Of a stretch of DNA of 64,000 bases, positions 13,310-26,465 are shown in pieces; position 1 is the stretch's first letter; each line of letters begins with the position of its first letter. The DNA is from Octopus vulgaris (Eukaryota). The notes under the pieces are model-generated. The model ran no database searches. It had not been told where the DNA came from and saw nothing but the letters and a program-made list of their open reading frames with translations. The translations under genes and the position numbers were made by a program. Location: positions 40,920,001 to 40,984,000 of the forward strand of contig OX597822.1 in NCBI GenBank assembly GCA_951406725.2, in the 5' to 3' direction.

Positions 13310-14394
13310 ATCTAGAGGAAGGAGACATCACTCTGGCCATGACCGACTCTCTAATGGTTAATCTGGCAGAAAGGGGCAGCCCACATTGCCATTGTAGACC
13401 CTCCAATCATTGATCTGGAAGAAGGAGCTGACCCCATGACCACTGCAGAACCTTGGAGATTGGTTACATCAATGCAGCTAATTTTCTTCTTTGCAAAACT
13501 TGCAGGGATTTAATACAAGAAGGAGCTCGGAAATTTTGTTGGAAGAGGATCTGGGCAAGTAATTCACTATACTGAACCAACACCTGACCAGCACTTTACT
13601 TAACTGACCAACTAACTCCAGAAATAATTAAACAGAAGTGGGGTGTGGTGGGGGCTATGGCAGTACTTAAACAGGGAGTATAAAGAGGAAGCAACTAGCT
13701 TCATCACCTCATCATCTTCCTCGTTTTTCTACTTTCTCTCTCTCCTTTAATAATAGTAATTACATAAATACACACAAACATTATACATATATACATACAT
13801 GCATACATATATATACATATGTATGTATGTATTCATATCTGACATACGCACATTATATATACATTTATGCCTTCACTCCTGTGACAACAAACTAAATACT
13901 CAACACCAGACACCTCACATAGACTTTAGCCAAATAAATATATACAAGTTGTCGAAGCTCCCAAACCCTGTTTTATTATTATCATCATCGTTATTATTAT
14001 TAATAATAATAACAATAATGACATTAAATATAGTTATTACTATTATTGTTATAACAGTTCTCTTCTCTGTGTTATTGTTTTGACTAAGTCTCAGACACAT
14101 TCACACACACATACATACATACAAACACATACATGACCACGTTTTCTTATGAGCAACGGTATGTATATCGAAGCCCCAGTATAATACTGGTACATACTTT
14201 TTCAAACCCCATCAAGTATGAAAGGCAGAGTTGGCCCCGTTGAGATTTGATCTCAGGATGTCATAGTATGAAACTAAATACTGTCAAGTATTTGTCCAGT
14301 TCTCTGCCAAGTCCATATCCTCTCAATATTAACTGAATTATTATTATTATTATTAATATAATTATTATTAGTATTATTATAATTATTATAATTA

Positions 14395-14831
14395 CTATAC
14401 AACTGTAGCAAAGTCTCTTTTCGCTTGTGTACCCCAAACAATCACCGAAGGTGAAAGTTTCTGTTGAATGTCTTTGTCCCGCACTCGTTCGTACATTTTT
14501 CCATCTCTGTCCACTTTTGAATTAACATCTTTATATAAATGCACAGCCTTTTCAGCGAACGACGGCGATGCAAAACCGTGATCTTTGTCGTTGAAATGAT
14601 CGGCTACATAAAGCTGCGCTTTCGTTAGAGAGCGTCCTCGCCGGTCAGCGACGAGGCGTCTGTGTCTTTGACTGTCTGAGCGTAACATTCGTACGGCAAC
14701 AAGTACGAGGAGAATAAGGATAAATCCACCGGCGATTGGTACGGCTATCACAGCGGCCTTAAACCAGAGATCTCGATTTTCATTTCTTTCTGGGTAATTC
14801 CCTGTGTAAGACATCTGGTTCTGTTTACGTC
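14395..14831 (-). CDS. BAMBI: BAMBI homologue, last coding exon (TM helix and short kinase-less tail)
   Basis: RDLWFKAAVIAVPIAGGFILILLVLVAVRMLRSD matches BAMBI KELWFRAAVIAVPIAGGLILVLLIMLALRMLRSE. Acceptor ttttgtttttgttttgcag|GA at 14831 is phase-compatible with the upstream exon. Ends VIVWG...DFATVV-TAG. Confidence 0.95.
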
Positions 14832-14900
14832 CTGCAAAACAAAAACAAAAAGTAAATACATTTGTACTGAATGGTACACACAAAGAAATAGTCTATATAC

Positions 14901-15097
14901 CAGTGCTTTTCAAACTTTTTGCTGGAGTGGAACCCCAAGGAAACATTCCACTGGCTCGAGGAACCCCTGTGCAATAATTTAATAGTCTTATGCACACATA
15001 TCTGCACAGGAGACTTAAAAATTACTGCCGATTTTAGCAGTTTTGTAACTTCTTTCGGAACCCTAAGGTTCCGCGGAACCCTGGTTGAAAACCACTG
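14901..15097. mobile_element. hAT MITE
   Basis: TIRs CAGTGCTTTTCAAAC / GGTTGAAAACCACTG; TSD CTATATAC / CTGTATAC. Confidence 0.85.
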
Positions 15098-15459
15098 CTG
15101 TATACTATCAAATGTATTATTGTTGTTATTCAGCTCTAGGATAACCACAGCCAGGCAAAACAAAGATCAAAGGCCTTCTAGTTATGACCATCATATTTGT
15201 TTAACCATTTAAGCATTTAAATATGGCCATATCAGACCCAAATATTCTGTTATATGTTCAAACCAGCCAGATCTGGCCTCTCACTCTGACCTTATAATAA
15301 CAATCACTTCATCAAAATTTTTAAGCTACAACATAATGCATGATTAATTCAAAACAGCAAAAATAAATGAGCATTACATTTGATGTACTTTGTTATGTTT
15401 CATTAACCATTGCAAAATAAAGACAGCAAAAATCCATACAGTATTTCTATCGTCCTTAA

Positions 15460-15680
15460 CCCTTTCGTTACCAACCTGGCTGGAACCAGCTCTGGCTCTG
15501 TAGTACAAATGTCTTGTTTTCATAAGTTCTGAATTAAAATCTTCCACTGAACCTTAGTCACAATTAATGTTCCTAACACTAACTTAATGATAATGAAGTT
15601 ATTTTACTAAATTCTTTGTTATATTTAAAATAGTTGAAAGAAACACAGAGCATCTCAAAATAAATACGGTAACAAAAGGG
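15460..15680. mobile_element. piggyBac-type (TTAA) MITE
   Basis: TTAA|CCCTTTCGTTACC ... GGTAACAAAAGGG|TTAA. Confidence 0.8.
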
Positions 15681-16626
15681 TTAAAATGACCACTGTTTTG
15701 GCCCTAAATAACATTTTCTATATCTTCAAAAGATGATTATACTGTCCTGCTGAAACATGAAAAGAAATAGTCATCTAGCAAACCCTATTATAAGCATTGG
15801 CTCTATGGGAGCCAAAATGACACCATGCCTTGTCAGTCAGTTTGTTTTTCAGTGTCTGTCTCTCTTACATCTTTATAAAGTAACTGACATATACACACCC
15901 ACACAGACACTGTAACAATCACACATGCAAGTACACAGCAACAATCAGTATATATATACACAGTGGCTATATAACACTCATCACTGTGTGTATATTCCAC
16001 AAATAGAGAGAACTCAATACTTCTGTTAAGAGTTAACTGATCTTTTATACAGTATTTAAGATAGACAAATACATTACTTGAATTTCACAGCACAGCACAT
16101 ATCTGCACTCAAAAGAAAATTTGTACTCTTTCAGAGTGCAGGTAACTGCTACTCCATGAAACTTGAGTAGCACGTTTGTGTAAATGCTGGAGAAAGAAAA
16201 AACAAAGATAGGTAGATATGTATACGTGTGTATATGTATGTATGTATGTGTGTGCTTATTCATATGTATGTATGTGCAGAAAGGAAGAGGGAAAGGAGAG
16301 ACTAAACATAGCAAGAATTACAGTTAGTTCTTGTTTAGTTCTAGTTCAATCATAAATGAGCCAATCTATGATCAAATGAGATCCATCCATGACTATCCCT
16401 ATTATTACTTTTTTGTTTTGTTTTTTTGTTTTTAATTAAAATGTGTCTGAGAACACAATAAGTCCTGAAAGTGACGTATCACAGAGACTTAGCTGCTACT
16501 TCTAGCAGCTCATGTGAGCACATCCATCATTGCCTGATAAAAGCACGGGTAATATATGGTGGTCAGTATGTCTTGAATAAAGAGTAACCATCCAGAGACA
16601 TCAGTTTTATCCTTTACCACTTTTGT

Positions 16627-16997
16627 AGGTGTGACTGTGGGATTAAGAAGTTTGCTTCCCAACCACATGGTTCCGGGTTCAATCCAACTGCATGGCATCT
16701 TGGACGAGTGTCTTCTACTACAGCCTTGGGCCGTTCAAAGCCTTGAGAGTGGATTTAGCAGAGGGAAACTAAAAAATGCTCATCATATGTGTGTGTGTGT
16801 GTTAACCAGTGTTGATGTGTCTATGTTCCCATAATCTAACGGTTCTGCAAAATAGACCAATAGAAGATGTATTAGGTTTCAAAAAAGTAACTCCTAGGGT
16901 AGATTTCTTTGAGTAAAACTCTTCAAGACGGTAACCCAGCATGGCTGCAGTCAAATGCTTAAAATAAGAAAGAAAAAAAAAAAAAAAAAAAAAAAGA
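16627..16997 (+). mobile_element. SINE family B, diverged, with A-rich tail
   Basis: Colinear with family B; followed by a poly(A) run. Confidence 0.75.
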
Positions 16998-17094
16998 ACT
17001 ACTTCAAAATCTGCTGCTCCTATAGCCTGATAAAAAATTCACGTTTATACCAGTAATTATCAGAACACTTGGTTTATTTATGTTTTTTATTTAT

Positions 17095-17575
17095 GTGCCC
17101 TTTTCAAGCCTAGCCAGGTTCATGGGCCCAGTTTCTCGGTTTCTGTGGCGTATGTGTTCCCTCCAGCAGGACGGGACGCCAGTCCATCACAGCGTTACTC
17201 AAGAAACAGGAAGAGAAAGTGAGAGAAAGTTGGGGTGAAGGAGTACAACAGCCCCCCCTCTGCCGGAGGCTCGTGGAGGTTTTAGGGGTTTTCGCTCGAC
17301 AAACATACACAACGCCAGGTCTGGGAATCGAAACCGCGATCTTCCAACCACGAGACTGCTGCCCTAACCACTGGGCCATTGCGCCTCCACTAATAAATGC
17401 GTCCTTTTCAACCCTAGCCAGGCCCATGGGCCCAGTTTCCCGGTTTCAATGGTGTATGTGTTCCCCAGCTGGACGGGACGCCAGTCCATCGCAGCGTTAC
17501 TCATTTTTGCCAGCTGAGTGGACTGGAACAACGTGAAATGAAATGTTTTGCTCAAGAACACAACGCGTCGCCCGA
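17095..17575 (-). mobile_element. Two tandem SINE family C-related copies
   Basis: Head GGAGGCGCAATGGCCCAGTGGTTAGGGCAGCAG (reverse strand, ends ~17388). The tail CCTAGCCAGG..CATGGGCCC..GGACGGGACGCCAGTCCATC is duplicated. Confidence 0.8.
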
Positions 17576-18280
17576 GCAAACAAACACTTCAGTACAAATA
17601 TGTAAGTGGAACAGTAAAAATATGCAAGACGTTTTCAAATGCCATTCGTGTGTTTTTATTATTCCCCCACAAAATACAGCAATGCAGATTTGTTTCTTTG
17701 TAAGAAACCAGCTCCTTCCTTGTAGGAAGAACTCTAATAAATAAACAAGACGTACATTATTTATATCACAAACAATGACAGTTCCTCGAAATCTTTGCCC
17801 ATATTTCGCATATTATATATATATATATATATGTATGTATGTAAAACTAAATACACATACATATATACATAAGCATACACATATTCATAAATAAGAACTA
17901 TATATGTATGTATGTGTGTGAGAGAGAGAGAGAGAGAAGTGGATATACGTACACAAACGGGGGAGAGAGTGAAAGAATAACAGTGAAAGATGTCTCTTCA
18001 TGCATGAACGCTAGTGATGTGTATATATTTATTCAGTTATCCAGGTTTGTTTTTGTTTGCTTTTTTTTTTCTTTCTTTCACAATGCAATACATGTATGCA
18101 CAACATGCAGAAACACACCACGCAAGTATTATAGTATATGTATATATATATATACATACATACATACATTACTTGCAACTATGCAGGAGTAGATGGGCAG
18201 GAGCGATTGTGTGGGGAATTGCTAATGTGCTTATACACGCTTGTAGCTAGTAATATCTTTTTGTGTTTCTCTGAGACTGC

Positions 18281-18318
<38 letters not shown>

Positions 18319-18420
18319 TGTACTTCCGTAAGTGTGTTTCTATGTATGTGCCTGTCTATATGCGTGCACGCACACAGACACACGCACATAACTATACATT
18401 CGCATATGCACACACACACT

Positions 18421-18750
18421 TACATACATACATACATACATACATAAATACGTACGTACGTACATACATACATACATACATACATACATACATACATACA
18501 TACATACATACATACGTACGTACGTACATACATACATACATACATACATAAATACGTACATACATACATAAATACGTACGTACATACATACATACATACA
18601 TAAATACGTACGTACATACATACATACATACGTACATACATACGTACGTACGTACATACATACATACATACATACATACATACATACATACATACATACA
18701 TACATACATACATACATACATACATACATACATACATACATACATACATA
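18421..18750. repeat. (TACA)n/(TACG)n tetranucleotide microsatellite
   Basis: Directly visible, ~330 bp. Confidence 0.95.
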
Positions 18751-18860
18751 AATGCTTATATATGCACACACAGGGCCCTGTATGTACTGCTCTGTGTAAC
18801 TTTTTTGTGTTTATGGCTGTCAATAATTATGCATGTTTGGGATTAGAGAATTGAGTATTG

Positions 18861-18894
<34 letters not shown>

Positions 18895-19401
18895 GCACTT
18901 ATGAGTATACGTGTGTGGTCTTCAGGACATTACCAAACAACTTGCGCAGTGCTTGTGCGTGTTACTTTAGTGTGTTTGCGACTGAAGTGTGTGTGTGTGT
19001 GTGTGTATTGGTTTATATATGTCAGTATGCATTTATTTCTCCTGTAGTATATATGTACATATAACTTAGTCTGCGGATGATTATATTTATAGGAGCCAGA
19101 CATTAGGGAGAAGCTCCACTGTCTGCCAGCGATATTTGATATACGTTATACGAGATACACAGTCGAAATGCTGCTTAGATTGGAGCTGGGTAAAGATGGC
19201 GACCAAGACAAACGGAAACTGAAGGTGATCTGAACGGCGCCATATTTAATCCAGTGGAAACGATTAACTTATTTATATATGACAGACGAACACTACAAAC
19301 AGTTTCTAAAATTTACACACACGCATATGTATGTACGTATGTATGTATGCTTACATATCATATCACACGTATCGTGTGTTGAACGAGTGTATGTGTCTGT
19401 A

Positions 19402-19469
<68 letters not shown>

Positions 19470-19612
19470 CTAATTAAAAAAAATATAAGTTCTCCCCACA
19501 CACATATTTATCTAATACAACTGACCTAGCATAATTCTCTTCTCCCACCTCTCTCTCTCCACACATATACATGCACGTATATAAATATATGCGCATACAC
19601 ACGTATATATGT

Positions 19613-19679
<67 letters not shown>

Positions 19680-19985
19680 CAGAAAAACACACCCTAAATT
19701 CTGTTTAAAAATATAACTGATGCATACGTGTGTACGCTTACCCACACACATAACATTTACACATATGGATAGATACAAAGAGAGAGAGAAGAGAGAGAAG
19801 AGAGAGAGATAGGGGGGAGAAAGATAAAAGAAAGAAAAATGGAGAGTGATACAAATCTTCAGTAGAAAGTCTAAAAATATAAACCATAAATACGTGTGTG
19901 TGTGTGTGTGTGTACAGAAAGGAGAGACAAAACCCAAAATCAAGCATACAAATATATTCATAAACATATCTTGTTCGTTCCTTTT

Positions 19986-20052
<67 letters not shown>

Positions 20053-20554
20053 AATAAGAAAATGGAGGAACAAATTCATTTCATAACCCCTATCTTACTT
20101 TGTACTATATATATATATGTGTGTGTGTGTGTGTATGCACATTCAAACGCATATATAGGTAAACAAACATACATATATACGTATTTACTTTTGTATATTT
20201 GCGTGTGTGTATTATAGTCCTACACGTATGCCTTTACATAGTCGCAGCCATACACATACATAAAAGAGTGATACATGCATAAAAAAACTGAGCATATTCA
20301 TACAGAAATGTACGCAGGCAGATACATATTATGTATATATATGTACGAGTGCATTCGTGGCTGTACGAAGGTAAGAGAGCCGGCCATCAATACAAAGTTT
20401 TACAAAGCTGCCAGCCAACCTAGAACTGACTGGCTGTCAACATGTCTGTATACTGTAATAATACTATGGCGACGAGTTGTAGCCAAACAGGAAAATATAA
20501 ATTCAGTAAGAATGGGTGTAGTAGCGGAAGAGGTGTCTACAGTGATGTCGGCTG

Positions 20555-20607
<53 letters not shown>

Positions 20608-20979
20608 CATACATGCGTATGTACGTACGTACGTATGTATGTGTGTACCTGTGTGTACCTGTGTGTATGTATATATATATATATATATATTATATGCGTG
20701 GGTGTATGTGTGCTTGATGGTAAGGGTGTTGGATTCATGATCGTAATTTTGCGGTTTCGATTCATAAAGCAGGCGATGCGTTGTGTTCTTGGGCAAAAGA
20801 CTTCATTTCACGCTGTTCCAGTCTACTAAGCTGGGGGGAAAAAAGTATTCCAGCGCACGGACTGGCGTCCCATCCAGCGGGGGTAAATATAAGCCCCACG
20901 GAAACCGAGGAAACCTGCCCTGAGAGTCTGCATGACTCGGGAAAGATTTGAATCCAGCTACAGAGAGGCAGACAGAGTC

Positions 20980-21026
<47 letters not shown>

Positions 21027-21856
21027 GAGAAAGAGTGGGGAGATGTAGCGTTTTTGGAACGGTGGATCTCGAAGCGGATAAAGCTATAATAATAGTGCGT
21101 GAGTATTAGGTTAGAACACATTTTGAATAGAAAAGTTAAAGGTTACCTGTGGGACAACACCTGTCACGTTTACAGGGGAAATGAGCACTCTTCTACTTTC
21201 TGTATCCAAAGGCTTTTTAACCTAATATCTATATGCTATTAATTTATAGCTTTATCTGTTTCGAGATCCACTTTCCGAAAAATTATTTATTACTAAAATC
21301 ACAGACTTGTAAGTTTACCTTATATCTCTCTGTGTCCATAAGAAATTAGTCCTCGAAGATGATAGGAATCGGTACCAGATAATGAAGGCGTGTGGCTTAG
21401 TGATTAGGACTTTCAGCTCTCGATTTTAAGGTCATGAGTTCGATTCCCGACGGTACGTTGTGTTCCTGAGCAAGACACTTTATTTCACGTTGCTCCAGTC
21501 TACTCAGCCGACAAAAAAGGGTTGTACGTGTATTTCATAGGGCCAGATTTGCCACATTCTGAATCTCCCTGAGAACTACGTTAAATGTACGCGTGTCTGT
21601 GGAGTGCTCAGCCACTTGCACGTTCCGTTGATCGGATCAACTGGAACTCTCTCTGCCAGATAGATCAGTTCAATATCAGACCACAGACCCCCAATTAGAT
21701 CACCTAGCTGCCAAAAGGAGGTACCAGATCAACGTGGTTCAATCTCAGACTACAAGTCACTAGTGAGCTTACTAAGCGATTTGTAACAAATATGAGATCA
21801 ATGTGGTTTAATTCTAAATAATAGTTTACTAATCAGTTCGCCAAGTTGTCAGTAAA

Positions 21857-22635
21857 TAGGAGCAGGCGTGACTGTGAGGTAAGAAGCTTGCTTCTCAACC
21901 ACTGTTCCGGGTTCAGCTCCATTACGTGGCATCTTGGGCAAGTGCCTTCTACTATATAACTTCTGGCCGACCAAAACCTTATGAATGGATTTGGTAGAGA
22001 GGAACTGAGAAAGGGCTCGCCGTGTGTGTGTGTCTACTACCACAACGCTTGACAACCAGTATTAGTGTGGTTATGTCTCCCTAAAGGAGGAAGCACTCCG
22101 TCGGTTACGACGACGAGGGTTCCGGTTGATCCGATCAACGGAACAGCCTGCTCGTGAAATTAACGTGTAAGTGGCTGAGCACTCCACAGACACGTGTACC
22201 CTTAACGTAGTTCTCGGGGATATTCAACGTAACACAGAGAGTGACAAGGCCGGCCCTTTGAAATACAGGTACAACAGAAACAGGAAGTAAGAGTGAGAGA
22301 AAGTTGTGGTGAAAGAGTACAGCAGGGATCACCGCCATCCCCTGCCGGAGCCTCGTGGAGCTTTAGGTGTTTTCGCTCAATAAACACTTACAACGCCCGG
22401 TCTGGGAATCGAAACCGCGATCCTACGACCGCGAGTCCTCTGCCCTAACCACTGGGCCATTGCACCTCCCTCCCTAAATAAGCGGTTCGCTAAAAAGGCA
22501 CCGATAGAATAAGTGCGAAGCTTAAACGAAAAAGTACTAGGGTCGATTCATTCGACTAAAAATTCTTCAACGCAGTGCTTCAGCAAGGCCGCAGTCTATA
22601 ATAACTGACACAAGTGAAGAGACCAAGATAAAAGA
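21857..22635 (+). mobile_element. SINE family B interrupted by a nested SINE C
   Basis: 5' part 21857-22085; 3' part resumes at 22470 with ...AGCGGTTCGCTAAAA. Confidence 0.8.
22086..22469 (-). mobile_element. Full-length SINE family C with TSD
   Basis: tRNA-like head GGAGGTGCAATGGCCCAGTGGTTAGGGCAG. 9-bp TSD CTCCCTAAA at 22077-22085 and 22470-22478. Confidence 0.9.
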
Positions 22636-22987
22636 CCAACGAGGTCAGGGTCTCAGAACCCAGTTCACCAATCAATACAGCTAGCTGGTCAGTAAAAGGG
22701 ACCACATAAATTAGATTGAGTCCAAGACAAAAAAGCTCACCAATCAGTCCATCGAGCTGTCAGCATTTGATACCAAATTAATGTGGGGTCAACCTGACAC
22801 CAGTCGGCCTAGCAACATGTCCGGTTCATGTCGCCGATATACAAGTGGATTCTATGCCGTGGTATGTCTTGCGCATGCAAGCCTTTGCGTGCGTACAATA
22901 AACTATTTATGCCAGACTTGTTTTCGTTGTCATACGTTTTTATATACATGTTCAACTGCACATAAATAAACACAAATAATCAAATAC

Positions 22988-23039
<52 letters not shown>

Positions 23040-24116
23040 GTTGATTGTTCATGTACAGTTAACATTCAACAATTAAGAATACAATCAAAATACAGGCGGA
23101 ACATCATCAACACTCACCTATACATATATATATATATAATATATATAATACTTGTTCAACCGTCTGTACATTTATGTGTATTCATAAATTAGATTCTTCG
23201 TGTATATAAATACATATAAACATTTCTAAATACATAAACAAGCGTGTGTGTACACACACACACACACTCAGGGAGAAAGAAACACGGTCATAAAAACATT
23301 AGTTTCCTGTGTCTACATATTTCAGAGTAACTTCTGCTCCGGTGTATCTGAGATGTCTACTCTGCTTTATGGTGTACAGATTGCGTTGTGTGTGTGTGTG
23401 TGTGCTGCGAGGTGTATAATAAAATTTTAATGTCTATTATATTCAACAATGTCTCCATGTATTTACACTCCCACAATGAAGTTCCGCTGTAATTACGTCT
23501 ATATAGGTGTGGGTCGTTGGGCTGTAAGGAGATGTCAATCTGTCTATAACGCACACACACAATAAGAACCTCTTGCTCTACAAATGCATATTAATATACA
23601 AACGGTTAAACATACAACTGCACACACACACACATATATATATTCACGCACGCACGCACGCATACAATAACGCGCGCGCACACACATACGCATTCACATA
23701 CACACGAAGTCAAATCTGATTTTTAAGACAAATATCTGAGTGTCAGACAACGGCCATTTAAGAGAGGCACTGGGAAGAACAGAACAGGAAATACTTGTCT
23801 TCCTTCAAGGAGACACGATGGCGGTGGTGACAGCGACGGTGGGGGGGGGGGGGGCGGAAGGTACAAGACATTTAGGTGGCAGTCCACCAACCTTCCGCCT
23901 GAGGATGGATATGTATGCATGTATGTATGTGTACCCACGTGGCGAGGGGTGGGATGTGTAACCCTAGAACAATACTTGTAATGTTTTGATGTGTGGAAGC
24001 ACCTGACCGCGTCCCTCACCGCCGCCGCCCTTCTACACAACACCACAAAAATCTCACCTAATTTAATGTCCAAAGTACAGGAACTGCACCGGATCCTCCT
24101 TAGCCTCTTATACCCT

Positions 24117-24916
24117 TTCTTTCTTTCTACTATGGGCACAAGGCCTGAAATTCGAGGAAAAGAGGGATATTCGACTGCAGCGACCCCAGTGTTCAACTGG
24201 TACTTATTTCATCGATCCTGAAAGGGATGAAGGGCAAAGTCGACTTCAGCGGAATTTGAACTCGGAACTTGACTGCAGACGAAATACCGCTAAGCATTTC
24301 GTGCTAACGATTCTGCCAGCTCGGCGCCTTTAGTCGAGCAAATCGATCCCAGGACTCATTCTTTGTAAGCCTAGCACTTATTCTATCGGTCTCTTTTGCC
24401 GAACCGCTAAGTTACGGGGACGTAAACACACCACCATCGGTTGACAAGCGATGTTGCATAAGGGGGGGCGGGCAAACACAGACACATATATACAACGGGC
24501 TTCTTTCAGTTTCCGTCTACCAAATCCACTCACAAGGCTATGGTCGGCCCGAGGCTATAGTAGAAGACACTTGCCCAAGGCGCCACGCAAGGGAATGAAC
24601 CCGGAACCATGTGGTTGGTAGGCAAGTTACTTACTACACAGCCTCTCCTGCGCTGCAATAAACTGGTAATAGTTCTATAATACACAAAATATATCTAATC
24701 ATCCTTTCTACTATAAGCACAAGGCCTGGATTTTGTCGGGAGGAGGATAGTAGGATCACATCGACCCCAATTTTCAACTGATACTTAATTTATCAACCCC
24801 GAAAGGATGAAAGGCAAAGTAGACCTCGAAGGAATTTGAACTCAGAACATAGTGGTAAACGAAATACCGCTAAGTATTTCGCCCAGCATCCTAACGATTC
24901 TGCCAGCTCACCGCCT
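24117..24916 (-). mobile_element. SINE cluster: A (24117-24330), B (24330-24652), A (24700-24916)
   Basis: Reverse matches to family A and family B consensus blocks. Confidence 0.85.
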
Positions 24917-25418
24917 TCTAACAATATCTAAAACTATAAAGGGATTTTGAAATATCAAAATGGTTAGGAGGGTCCACCCGAGTAAAATAGGTGGAATATT
25001 GCTTGAGAAACACTTCTAAACGAGAGTTCCCTCGCAATAAACATATAAGCAAGGTGTTGTTTTCTAAGGAAACCTAGAGGAGACGACAGTTCGTGTTGGT
25101 CGACCACATGCCTCACGGTCATGTTGGATGATGTGCGGCTTTCCTTTATTGGCTCTTGTTAGAATCTCCTTTCTGTGTTCATATATTTTGTATACTACGC
25201 ATACTTTAAGTTCCAGTCGAGCACTGGTGATCGATCTAATCGGCTTTCCTCTCCCTTAAATATTTCGCCGAGATGGTAACTAATTGCGACTCGGCTCGAG
25301 ACGACCCGAACAAGATATCGACAAATGGTGGATGCAGCGATACGGTGCACGGTGCATACTCCCATACCTAACCTGACTCGTAAGGAATTATTTCCCGGTG
25401 TACACCGAACGCTTTGGT

Positions 25419-25466
<48 letters not shown>

Positions 25467-26038
25467 TGACTAAAGAAAATGGCTAAGCGAACAGGGATGT
25501 CCCCGAATTTGGAAATTTGGTTGGGGTTTAATTGCAAACATTGTTTAATTGCAAACATTTAGAAGTTGCCGGTAAAAGCGATCAGCCCAATGATGTCGGG
25601 TTTCACTCATATACATTCCCCACCCCCCTGCTGAATGTATACTTGATACCACATGAGGTTTGTGGAGGTGTAATCACAGTGGACCTTCATGCACAAAAAG
25701 AAAAAAAAAAAAAAGCAAAAGAAAAAATTTTCATAAATGGAACAACTTTGATCATGGATCAGCAGGATCGGGGTAAGCCTGGGGTTCAACAACGATAGCA
25801 ACAACAACGGCGATGACGACGGCATTAAAGATAGAGCGTAATGTTCTTGAATTGGTCGTTATTGATTGGTCAATGAGAAACTTGATTCTGCTCTTAACCG
25901 CATGCACCACCCAGCTACATTATGACAACAGAGAACAGACAATGACAACTTCTACTTCGTCTATTCCAACAAAGACAGAATTCCAGATGTCTCCGGTCAC
26001 GTCCAAACATTGCCGCATTGTCAACGCGCGAGCGAGTG

Positions 26039-26074
<36 letters not shown>

Positions 26075-26465
26075 TGTGTGTGTGTGTGTGTGTTACATTC
26101 TCAGCGCAGTTCATTGTTGACTCAAACCGTAACAGTCGTGAGACAAACGAAACTGTTGTCGTGTACCGTCGCTCACTGGTGCGCACGCACACACATACTC
26201 TTACACTCACACACATACTTAATTACTCAAATGGTAACTGACACAATATTATAAAAAAAAGACACACTTCAATACATACATACATATATACCTCAACACA
26301 TTATCACGCGAATACATTGCCAATAACACGCATTCACAAATCTACAACAGAATCACATATACACAATCGTGACAGTGTGGTAAGAAGTTTGTTTCCCAAC
26401 CACATGGTTCCGAGTTTAGTGCCACTGCGTGCCATCTTACGCAAGTGTCTCCTACTATATATATA

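Noticed and set aside
22400-22469. tRNA gene
   Set aside because: tRNA-like SINE head continuous with the SINE body and TSD; no complete cloverleaf.
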